A DNA stretch of 60,723 nucleotides, filler included, from Basidiobolus ranarum (taxonomy: Eukaryota): NCBI GenBank assembly GCA_040143965.1. It is 12 parts of 12 records of this genome, joined end to end, with 100 filler letters (N's around TTAATTAATTAA, not from the genome) between each part and the next. Parts side by side here need not be neighbours in the genome. Positions count along the whole stretch, not along the records: positions 45,654 to 50,614 come from JASJQH010001766.1; positions 50,715 to 55,670 come from JASJQH010001767.1; positions 55,771 to 60,723 come from JASJQH010001768.1; 9 more parts are not named here. One strand, given 5' to 3'. The notes under the pieces were generated by a model. It saw nothing but the letters and a program-made list of their open reading frames with translations, did no database searches and was not told the DNA's origin. The position numbers and the translations under genes were made by a program. Shown here piece by piece: positions 50,398-60,723 of the stretch (positions within the stretch are counted from its first letter, which is position 1; each line of letters begins with the position of its first letter).

Positions 50398-50613
50398 CTA
50401 ATAACCACATGACATTTGGTTAATGCCGCCGCGACACACAGTTCCAGGTGCACAACGCTGGATGTATTCGTATCCATTGGAGCATACCTTAAATTCACGA
50501 GACTCTCCAGGATTGACACATTTAGTTTCATAACCAGAACAACGACCAGGCTTGGAGGTTTCTATAGGCTTGGCTGAGGTAGTGGTTGCTGGCTTGGGGG
50601 GCTTGCCGGTAGC
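50398..50613 (-). CDS. 5'-partial gene end: Pro/Thr linker plus CBM19-type chitin-binding module
   Basis: ATGKPPKPATTTSAKP...CSGYETKC...FKVCSNG...CAPGTVC...CGY* (six Cys); not in the ORF track because the start lies beyond the contig. Confidence 0.85.
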   Translation of the reverse strand, partial: ATGKPPKPATTTSAKPIETSKPGRCSGYETKCVNPGESREFKVCSNGYEYIQRCAPGTVCRGGINQMSCGY

Positions 50614-50614
50614 A

Positions 50615-50714
50615 NNNNNNNNNNNNNNNNNNNNNNNNNNNNNNNNNNNNNNNNNNNNTTAATTAATTAANNNNNNNNNNNNNNNNNNNNNNNNNNNNNN
50701 NNNNNNNNNNNNNN
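50615..50714. other. Artificial contig linker
   Basis: N44-TTAATTAATTAA-N44. Confidence 0.99.
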
Positions 50715-53184
50715 TGACAAATTAGTGTTCAAGTGGTAATTGTGTAAAATTTGAGTTACGTTTTATGCACATGTGTTGATCCATAGTTCTCTGAGATTTT
50801 AGCCAATCATTCGCAACTATTTTGCAAGATCTTGAAATTTCACTCCTAAAACTGAAAAAATTGATTAAAATCAAATCTAACTTGACAATTTTATGACGGT
50901 AAGTAAACGGTCAATCCCAAATGGATTAAAATTGTGATGGTTTTCCTACGATAACAATCCTCAAATTTCTGTTAGGGCATTCTGAGGCAACAAGTCAACA
51001 TTTAGAGAGTTGCTAAACAATGATACAAGACCTTCAGAATGCTGTACTCAAGGTACAGCAACATGCTGCCCTCTCCATCCATTCTCATATGCAATTTCAA
51101 TCAATCCCACACCATACATATGAATGTCACCATGACAATCAAGCAGAGCAGAATATGTGCTGGACCATTAAGCCTACACAATGACCCACAATTGCTTGGG
51201 CACATAAAAGTAGAAATCTCACAGAAAAGCCAACCAACCAAAAGTTCCTAAATGTCAAAGCTGCTGTCACTTGCTCTGATGATGAGTGGTTTAACATTTT
51301 GGAAATTGTGCAGAATCTGTCACAAAATCACCTCAATTTGAGTTAATTGTGGAGAAACCAAAAACCAGATATTACTCTGAAGATTCTTTACTTGCTTCAT
51401 GTGGCTTATCCTGGGTTTTTGCATGCATATGGCAATTGGGCTAGTATAGGCATATTCACAAATCATCTCAAAAATATATGCAATTATCAACTTGGAAAAG
51501 AAAGAAAAGCAGCTAAAGAAGCATTCAAGGAGCACAAAGGTAGTACACGCAAGGGAAAAGCAAAGGAACCAGTGAGCTTAGGCACTACTACCCCACTTCC
51601 TAAATTCTTCACATGTTTACAAAGATCTGCATTTCCAGAGTCAGATTTACTGGTAAAAATGCTTTATCTCACCATGGAACCAGGTACAACTGTTGGAAGA
51701 GTGCTAAATTTGGAAGTTTATCTAGCACCTGGCACCTCTTAACAAGCCAAAATACCAGAAAATAGAACTCATGGCTCTCCAACCACAACTGATATGTTTC
51801 AAAGTGTTGAAATTAGCCCCAAACTTAAAGGCAAGCATAAAGCCACATAAACACTGCAAAGTACCTACAGTAGTGTCACACTACAAGGATGTATAAAAAT
51901 AGTCAGATTGCTTGAGGAGTATATTTAAAAGTATGAAGGTAAAAATGCAATACAAGTATGTAGAAAGTAGCTTCAGACAAAGAACATTTAACTTGACATT
52001 CAGTCTGGTGTTCACTGTGCAGATATCTGGGAAGAACTTAATACAGAGTGGTACAATATTGCAGGATATCCACCAGATAGCTGGAAGAATGTTGATTCAG
52101 GAACATTAATGCAATGGTGGGCTTTGATGGAGATATTGATTCAAACTTATGTTGAATATGAGCTAAACCTTGGGTATGAGGTACTCTATAAAAATATTCA
52201 GGAGAATATATCAAAGAAACTAGGGTTTACAAAGCTGACAAATTACTGTTCAAGTGATAAATGTGTAAAATTTGAATTATGTTTTTTGCACATGCGTTGA
52301 TCTGTAGTTCTCTGAGATTGTAGCCAATCCTGTGCAACTATTTTGCAAGATCTTGAAATTTACTCCTGAAACCAAAAATATTGATTAAAATAAAATCTAA
52401 CTTGAAAATTTTATGATGGTGAGTAAATGGTCAATCCAAAATGGATTTAAATTGTGATGATTTTCCTACAATGATAATCCTCAAATTTCTGTTTGTGGGT
52501 GGATGTAATGCAATTGGTTAAGGAGATTTCAGAGTATATTAACCTTCCAACAAAGGGCTCTTTTCAATGTGCTCACAGGCTTTTGCATTGTTTGAGCACT
52601 ATAACAGCAACAAAACCCAATCCATGGACTTAGAGTAAGCACCTCTATAATTAGGACTCATTTGTTTGTGCAATAATCTGGCTGTATAGGTAGGAAAGCT
52701 GCAAGACAGATTTCTTGGTGAGAAAGATCAAGATATGCTGTAATATTGTTTTAGCCATGAGGTAATCTATTCTAGAAATGTCACATCTACTTGTGGCAGG
52801 CCATTTGTTGGCTGCAAGTTAGGGATATTCTGGCTGAATTCTTTATTGCAATTTGCCAAAATCCAAGAGCTTATTCTCATTGTGAATGGTAACAAGAGTC
52901 AGCTATTTGCCAAGTGTTTGTGCTATTTGAAATCTCAGATGTTTAGCAATTTTTTCACTATTAGTTTGCTGGTAAAGGATGTTGAAGTTGTTGAGGTATG
53001 TCTGATCAGTCATGTATGTGAATATGTGAAGACTTAGCACAATGAGATTCTTGTATTTTTTGATTCTCATTATGGCTGGAAAACAAGCCTAAAACATATA
53101 AATAATGATATGCATATTGATTCAAATCCCTACAGCAGCAAACAAAGTAATTTGCCATTTGAAAATTAGTTTTTTGAAAAAATT
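50715..53184 (+). repeat. Unclassified repeat family A: tail of one copy followed head-to-tail by a long copy
   Basis: 50715-50970 repeats at 52236-52490 (period 1521). Decayed ORF1 51020-52300 (+) and convergent decayed ORF2 about 52510-53070 (-). Confidence 0.88.
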
Positions 53185-53528
53185 GTTGGAAATTAAATGA
53201 TTTATGCCAAATATGAGGATCAATATTTGGGCATGTAAGAATACCATCAAAATACCATCAGGAAGCCATCATCTCACCATTGAAATCCCTGGCAGAATGT
53301 AAGGCACCAATATTGTGATGGTTCTCAGATTGCTTTGTGATCAAGAAGGGTAGATCTGATCTGGATCAAATCAATTCAAGCTTTGTCAGGGCACAGTTAT
53401 TATCTTAATGAGATCATAAGTCTATACTAAAAGGTTCCAATATATGCCATGACAAGCTTTGTTGCAATAAATGCAGTATTCTCAAGCAACTAGTCATAAG
53501 TTAGAGAGTCACTCATCAATGATACCAG

Positions 53529-53870
53529 TGTTAAAGTATTTGGGAGCTTGCTGGAAGGGGCTTGGAGAAATGGAGAAATTGGTGGTTTTCATATATTGAT
53601 TCATTTAGTTGAAATTTGACATTTATACTTTTGTCAAGATGTGAGCAAACCAACATGTAGATTAGGTTAAGGGAGGTCACAGGAACAAATGTGCAAGGTT
53701 TGAGCTTGTAGCACAAGCTTGAAAAATCCATATATCTGAGAACTTCTAAGTTGGTCAAAATATCCTAATTCAATTCCAATTGAGAACAATGGGTCATATT
53801 TTAGTGAAATACCAGATAACTAAATACTAAACTTTATATGATTATATGGGTGTTTGGGCAATTCTAACTT
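53529..53870 (-). repeat. Copia family-B LTR
   Basis: Reverse match to 55196-55552; ends ..TTTAACA at 53529. Confidence 0.8.
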
Positions 53871-53874
53871 TTAT

Positions 53875-55030
53875 AGCAAGACCTTCTGAATGTGATACTT
53901 GAACAACTACAACATGTGGCTCCCTCTGTACATTCTTGTACCAGATGTCAATCAATCCCATACCATACATGTGAGCATCACCATAACCATCTAGCAGAGC
54001 AGAATATTTGTTGGAATATTTAGCCTGAACAATGACTCAACTTTGCTTGACCCCTGAAGGTAGAAATCTGATAGGACAACCAGCAAACCAAGAGACTGTG
54101 AACTTCAAAGCTGCTCTCACTTTCTCCAATGATGAATGATTTACCACTTTTGAAACTGTATTAAATATTGCAAAAAATCAGCTTCATTTGAGCCAATTGT
54201 GAAAAACCAAAGACCAAGTATTACCCAGAAGGTTCTTGATGCATTTCTTCTGGCATATCCTGGGTTTTTGTAAGCAAATGGCAATGGGCCTAATAAAGGT
54301 TGGTTCATCAAAAATCTCAAAAATATATGCAATTATCAATATGGAAAAGAAAGAAACACAGTAAAAGATGTACTTAGGGAGCAGGAAGCTATCAATCCCA
54401 AAAGAAAGGCAAAGGAGCCTGTGAATGTTGGCTCTACTATCTCACTTATCAATTTCTTCAGACCAGTACAACAACCTGTATTTTTCCTGTATTTGATATA
54501 CCTGCCAAAATACTTTCAAACAGGCTTGCTTTTACTGTGCAACCAAGTATACCAGCTGGAAGAGTTCAAAGGTTGGATGTTTGTCCAACACCTGGCACCT
54601 CTCAAAAAGCCAAGACACTGCTAATTACAACTTAGGCCTCTCCAACCTCAACTAGTAGTTTGCACAGTATAAAAATTAGCCCTAAACTTAAAGGTAAGTA
54701 AAAAGCTACCCAAACATTATAAATCACACTGCATGGTGTTAAACTACAAGGATATAAAGAATTTGTAAAAATACTTGAAGAGTATTTTCAAAGGTATAAA
54801 GGGAAAAATGCAGTGCAGTATGCAGCAAGTGGCTTCAGAAGAGGAATGTTTAACTTAAAATTCAGTCTGGTGCTTGCTGTGCAGATATCTGGCAAGAACT
54901 TAACACAGAGTGGCACAGTGTTGCGTGGTATCTACCAGATAGCTGAAAGAATATTGATCCAGTAATGTTAATACAATGGTAGGCTTTGATTGAGATACTG
55001 ATACAAGTTCATGTTTGATATCTGCTAAAC
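53875..55030 (+). repeat. Unclassified repeat family A copy (ORF1 region)
   Basis: Collinear with about 51025-52170. Confidence 0.85.
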
Positions 55031-55059
55031 CTCATCTTATTAGAGTGACTATAGAGAGT

Positions 55060-55552
55060 AGGCTTATTGAGTTAACCTATTGATTTATGGAAAACCTAAT
55101 TGCGGTTATATTAACCAATCATTAGCTAGATTGAAATTTGAGAAGTTTAGACCTTGCTTAGAATTAGTTTGTATCACTATTTAGTTAAGGGAGAATGCTG
55201 AAACTAGCTTTGCATAAGCATCTATATAGTCATATATAGCTTAGTGCCAAGTTAACCTATATTTCATTAAGCCATAACCTATTATTCTCAATTGGAACTT
55301 AATTAGAATATTTTAACTAACTTAGAAGTTTTAAGACATATACATTTTTTCAAACTTGTGGTGGAAGCCCCAAACTTTGCACACATGTTCCTGAGACCTT
55401 CCTTAGCATATACTGCATGTTATTTGTCTTTTGTTGTGATAGAACTATAAATGTCAACTCTTGACTTTCAACTCAATATATCAATTAGGGAAAACCACCA
55501 ATTTTTCTAAATCCCAAAAGCACTTCCAAGAGGCTCCCAAAATACTTTAACA
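55060..55552 (+). mobile_element. Copia family-B 3' end: RNase H tail, PPT, LTR 55196-55552
   Basis: LARLKFEKFRPCLEL tail, AAGGGAGAA purine tract, TGCTGAAA...TTTAACA. Confidence 0.85.
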
Positions 55553-55670
55553 TTTTCTTCAGAGGTTTTTTTCTTCTTCATCTGCTTGCATTACTTCCCA
55601 GACATGTTTCCCTTTATCCAGGAGTTGCATCTTGAATTTACATTCATAGAAATCTTCCCCATTGAATGTT

Positions 55671-55770
55671 NNNNNNNNNNNNNNNNNNNNNNNNNNNNNN
55701 NNNNNNNNNNNNNNTTAATTAATTAANNNNNNNNNNNNNNNNNNNNNNNNNNNNNNNNNNNNNNNNNNNN
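55671..55770. other. Artificial contig linker
   Basis: N44-TTAATTAATTAA-N44. Confidence 0.99.
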
Positions 55771-56086
55771 CTTCGCAAGAGTGGTGACACATGACTCCAT
55801 CCTCATCTTTCCAAGATTCGAGATGCTATCATGACTTTGTTGGATGGCTTTCAATGTGACTAGGCTTCCAATTTGGCAATACGTTGGACTAACTGCACGT
55901 AGCGTATATAGCTTTTTGAACGAATGTCAGTCAAGTTTTCTTAAACTACATGCCGATTTCCTCCGAGCATCATTTGTATAAAATGTCAGTGACTTGCTTT
56001 CAAGTAGGTATCCATCTTCTGAGTCCAGCAACTCACTGTTGATATATTTCGCATTTGACCCTTTACCTCTTATTACTCCACCGAAA

Positions 56087-56920
56087 ATGACCGGACTAGA
56101 CTTTTACGATGAATTAGGTGCTCTCTTCGCTAGTATTCCTAGCTGTGCTGAAAGTATGACAAATGTGCTGATCCACTTCTTGTCCATCCTGCAAAAGAAT
56201 GAGGATATTGTTAGTATTGGGAATACTATGCGTAATGTGTGCTACTCTTTTGTTGAAGCAGCCTACTTTGATGAATACAAAGACAGAATAGTAGAGAGCT
56301 TGACGGAGATTGGTATTAAAACTCAAGCAGAGAGGGAACTGAATGTCATCTATACCGTTTTGTATTTTGTGTTGCTGGAGCATCCCCAAGGTTGTGACGA
56401 AGTACAAAAACGGGATCTGTTAGAAAAACTGAAGTGCGAGGTAATTAATGATCAAGCCTACGGTATACAACTCCCAGCTTTATTGCTGTTGAATGAGATA
56501 ACTCGGGCACCGAATTTCACCTTCTCAAATCTCTCTCTTCTGGATGAAGAGTTTATTGATTCGCTTCTTGGTCTGGTTGAATACACCCACTGCTACGATA
56601 GCTATGTCATAGATGCCATTCTAGATTTACTATTGTGTCTTATCTCGCAATACGAGAAATTCAATGAACTTAATCGTGCGGTGGAAGTGATCTCTAACCG
56701 TCTGAAAGTCAGTCCCAATTTTCGTGAAAAACTCATCTTTGCATCTGCTTTGTCCCGCGAGACGGAATATTCCATAGTCACCTGCAAGTCCCAGAAGATT
56801 CACCATCTATTAGCTAGATTGAGTGCGGAAAACCCCGTAATCAAAGAAACACCGCCCACTTCGTATGTGATAAATCAGCAGTCCAAGCCTGAAGTGCATC
56901 CTATTCTAACCCAATCTTAA
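56087..56920 (+). CDS. Divergent Ldb17/Dip1/SPIN90-like armadillo protein, C-terminally short (277 aa)
   Basis: FYDEL...FL...C..F....F; LLNEITR....L..LDEEFI..L..LVE; LLL.L..QY...N....I...NF.EKLIF...RE resemble the family N-terminal/middle region (from memory of the family). Confidence 0.65.
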   Translation: MTGLDFYDELGALFASIPSCAESMTNVLIHFLSILQKNEDIVSIGNTMRNVCYSFVEAAYFDEYKDRIVESLTEIGIKTQAERELNVIYTVLYFVLLEHPQGCDEVQKRDLLEKLKCEVINDQAYGIQLPALLLLNEITRAPNFTFSNLSLLDEEFIDSLLGLVEYTHCYDSYVIDAILDLLLCLISQYEKFNELNRAVEVISNRLKVSPNFREKLIFASALSRETEYSIVTCKSQKIHHLLARLSAENPVIKETPPTSYVINQQSKPEVHPILTQS

Positions 56921-59420
56921 TTGTACACTTAACACCCAATCGTCACCAGATTTGAAGCTGATTATCATGCTTATATTTATTAGATAATCTCAAATCTCCA
57001 CGCCACCATCAGTTTTCGATTTGTACTTTCCCCCTCCTTTATTATATATCTGACATAGCTTCAAGAAGCTCAATATACTGAATTTCGAACTCAAGACAAA
57101 ACAATGGTACTCTCGGCGGAGTGGCCAAATATGATGCGAAGCAGCGAAAATACTGAGAGTGAAATGTTGTCATCCTGGTTAGTCCGTGGGTTTTCGAAAT
57201 GTCACACTTGGACCAGTACTTGCATAAATTATTGACAGACGATAAGTCACCGGCTCATGTTCGGTGGTAAGTCTAGTGATCGATATTTAAGAGCTATGCT
57301 GACAAGACAAAGAGTCGAGAAGACCGAATTCGGGTGTCATGCAACTTACCAAAGAATGAGAGGCGTGACAATTCGGCAGAGCGCAAAATAGTACCAGCAG
57401 AGATACAATGAAAATGGGTATAATATTACTTTGCAAAGGTGCTAGTAGAAACAATTGAGGATCGCCAGTAGTGTATATTGAAGAATGTAATACATGAATC
57501 TGGGAGTAATGATGAGAATGGAAGAACATGCAAGCGCGGTATCATCTATGATCAAACAACACAGGATACGGTAACAAATGTGAGTCAAGGGTAGAAAAGG
57601 AAGGCCTTAATAGGAAATGAGAGATTACGCTAATTAGGTAAACTACATATTATTAATCATCATTATGTTGAGTATACAAAAATGGGTATGAGAGCTCAAA
57701 TCCGGAAATCATTGGGAGAAGGGGGTGCCACTGATAAGAAATCCCTAATCGCGCTTAAATAAATTAAGATATTTATGGGCCTTTCATAGCAACCGTTTAG
57801 AAATAATCCGAAATAAACGGTTAATTGAACCAGAAGTAAGCAGTTATTGAGGCAGGTTTGGCATGGTTATACAAATTAGTTGGTTTTCTGCGGTCTGTGA
57901 ATGCCTAGCTCCATGAAGTTAATGCTACCATAAAGCCGATGAATATGGATTGTTACATGTGCACAGCTCTTAAATATTATTGTTAGTGAGCTGGCCATAT
58001 GCTCAAAATTGAACTATTCTAGTGTCAAAGTTCGTTGTTTGTGAAATAGCATCCGTTCAGATTTGATGAAATAGAGCCTCAGTAAGAAATTCCCTCGACA
58101 AATAAAAAGAGTGTGGTCTGCTAGTCAGCGTATGAATTTAGGTGAAAAGGATTTGTGGATTCGTGTGGATCTCATATTCGAATATTCCCGTATATAGCAT
58201 CCATTTGCTTTCTCTCAACCAGATGCAATTTCCTCTTGGTATTAGTAACTTGCTTGGTGTCAAACATTTTATGGCAATGGACTCGGAATTGTAACACCAA
58301 TGGTGTGTTGAGAAATTTCGGAGCTCAGCTTGTAGAAATCTGCAGTAGCATGTGAATATTGTTTACCCGGCAAAAGTTTAACAATCGAGCACTTCAATTA
58401 GGATGCAGATCAGCGCCACCATTGGGCAATAAAACATCGCATTCCAAAGATATGATGGACAATTCGAGGACGCGACACTAAGCCCAAGGATACCAATGGC
58501 ACTTGCGAAGAACAGGTTCTCTAGTCGGAGTATGCCCCTATTTACTAGAACTTCTCATGCCCTGGTAGCATTCGCATTTCTACCTCCCGTCTTGAATACA
58601 GACATGGAGACTAGATGCCAGCTGCGTAACCATCTCCTCAAGAGAAATGTTCTAGGACGCGCTTGAAACAGAGTAAGATCTCATATCCACTGGTAGCCAG
58701 TAAGATATCCTCCTGAGCCATCCAGAAACTTAACAAACACATCCCTTAAATTCCCTTGGATCGAGGTTACTTGACTGAAACGACAGGTGCAATTTGGTAC
58801 TGAAGATTTGAGCACAAATTAGTGAAGTTGCATTCCAAAAATATCCGTATTTTCCGCAATGTTTTCCGTAATTATAAGCTCATCCGTAGTCTCCACCTTG
58901 ACCCATTATTCGATTCATCATCGGTATTACTAAAGTGACATCTCTTCCAAAAAATTCTTCCAGGCGCCTGGCCAATCACTAAAATATAAATTGTTGATCG
59001 GAAATTCGTGAGTTGTGGCTGCCACCGCTCGTGTAGCATTTATTACAGGAGGCATCTTCAAATGGCCTGTGTTGTTGGATGGCTTCGTGACCTTGATTCG
59101 AGATAATTTTATGGCCTTCAACATTGAAATGACGCATTTCCATAACCATATTTTCTGATACCAATTTCAATCCATTTCCCTTTTCAGGAGAAACTCTGTA
59201 CTATTACATAGAAATTTTTCATCATACCGCTATTTCCGTCTCCCGAAAGATTTCCGCCTTCCAGGAGATATAAAAGTCTCCATCTTTTCACAACTTTGCC
59301 CTCACATGGTCTGAGACACCATACCTACTCAACCCTTTCAATTTATTACTCTCATCATAACCCCCTCCCTACAGTGCTGACTTTATACTAGAGTCACCTA
59401 CTTTGCCCTAGATAACATAT

Positions 59421-60723
59421 ATGGCCTTTAAATTTAACTGGACCGATTTCAACCATGAGTTTCTGGAAGAAGCCAAAAAATTACTCACTGTCGCTTTAAA
59501 CAAAGGTTCCAAGCCAGCAAATATTGTAGGCCAAATAAAAGTAAAGGAGCTACATTTAGGAACAACGGTAAATACTCACCATAATGAACGCAACTCTACT
59601 CTATTCAAGCTCTGTGTTGAACCCATTATTCTCTTTTCCTACAGCCACCTGAACTGGAGATATTGGAGATTGGCGAGCTAGCCGAAGATAAATTTCGTGG
59701 GATTTTTAAACTTGTATACAGCGGTGATGCTTATGTAGTTTTACAAACTCAAGTTCAGGTACACACAAGTAGTTTATCATTCTCCAACACAATGTCTTGT
59801 CTTACTAAACTTAAACACGCTATACTTAGGCGAACCCCGTAAATTCAATGCAAAATGAGTCAATATTCGGCTCTATCGGTTCCCGATGGGGTGTATTGGC
59901 CGCTGACCAACCGTTGGTGGTTCCAATGCTGCTCAGTTTACGAAACCTTAAACTCCGAGGGATTATCGTTTTGGTCATTGACAAACATAAAGGAGTGACT
60001 TTCGTCTTCAAAAACGATCCACTAGAGAATGTAGAAGTGAGCTCGACATTCGACGATGTTCCTGCAATTCGTAATTTTCTTCAACGGGAAATCGAGACTC
60101 AAATGCGTAAAATGATGCAAGAAGAGATGCCTACTATTGTACATGAATTATCCCAAAAATATTTGAATAAGCAAACCAACAATAATGCTGAGTGCACTTC
60201 TTGTGAAGAAACCATCAAGTCTCCTTCGGATGTTCCATCATTGTCTAATTTATCTTCAGATACTAGAGGCCCACATGACGAATCCTACTCTAAATATAGT
60301 AAAAGTAACAACTACAGTCCTTCCCTGTCAGTCGACACCTATCCTACGAGGTGGAGAGGCAATGATGATTTCAGCGACGAAGGATATGAATCTGGATGTT
60401 TTACACCAACTCCTGAAGCATGTTACAACCTTAGTGGGTTGCATCGAGAACAAGGTTTAAAGAAACTTTTTGCTTCTGATGATCTTTTTAGCCTGAAATC
60501 GCATCCACGCATTTACCACTCCCACAATCTTTGTGGAACAGGCGGAAGACCTAGACTTTCTTCTATCTCATCTACAATGTCATTACCAGCTTTTCTGGAG
60601 CCCGAAAGATACCCTGATGGGAAGTTCACTCGAGGAACCGCTCGCAAAAGAAGGGTTAAATATTCAGCCCCTCCGCTTGATGTTTTAAAAGAGACATCTA
60701 CTTACCATCCAGCGTCCACACCC
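59421..60723 (+). CDS. MDM34: ERMES subunit Mdm34, 3'-partial; join(59421..59567,59645..59758,59830..>60723)
   Basis: [50 protein letters not shown]...LQT.VQ|ANP, FKNDPLE...VSSTFD. Confidence 0.96.

Noticed and set aside
51020..52300. CpA-specific RIP inferred from CAA>TAA and TGG>TAG stops
   Set aside because: Ascertainment bias: most transition routes to a stop codon are in CpA or CpG context; a full substitution spectrum is needed.
4985..55770. Regularly spaced TTAATTAATTAA motif every ~5 kb
   Set aside because: Artificial six-frame-stop linker between size-sorted contigs; not a biological array. Gene clustering across linkers is also meaningless.
58100..59200. Several short ORFs upstream of MDM34
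   Set aside because: No consistent frame or motif; possibly a decayed gene but unassignable.

Overview
Eukaryotic (fungal) draft-assembly sequence. It is 12 unrelated ~5 kb contigs sorted by decreasing length (4984 to 4953 bp) and joined by artificial 100-bp N44-TTAATTAATTAA-N44 linkers, so adjacency across linkers has no biological meaning. Short GT-AG introns (about 59-89 nt), an ERMES subunit (MDM34), a CBM19 module, a T-box gene and a TTP-type protein with a CNOT1-binding tail point to an early-diverging fungus; a Basidiobolus-like/Zoopagomycota source is an inference only. Genes: T-box TF, divergent beta-tubulin (E198M), head-to-head L-LDH pair, secreted GDPD, CCCH tandem zinc finger, PH/propeller-like protein, Pi/Mu-like GST, tandem PAS protein, small secreted protein, SDR, CBM19 protein end, truncated Ldb17/Dip1 paralog, MDM34. 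Decayed sequences: guanine deaminase pseudogene, subtilisin remnant, nad4 NUMT. Roughly half the window is CpG-depleted, heavily mutated repeats: nested Ty1/Copia elements and solo LTRs, a Ty3/Gypsy fragment, a 182-bp MITE, a 114-bp coding tandem array, and an unclassified multi-copy element with two convergent decayed ORFs. No complete novel system can be shown from the sequence alone. The best leads are the unclassified two-ORF repeat, the MITE, repeat-specific CpG hypermutation, two in-frame TAG codons in conserved frames, and an apparently secreted guanine deaminase ancestor.
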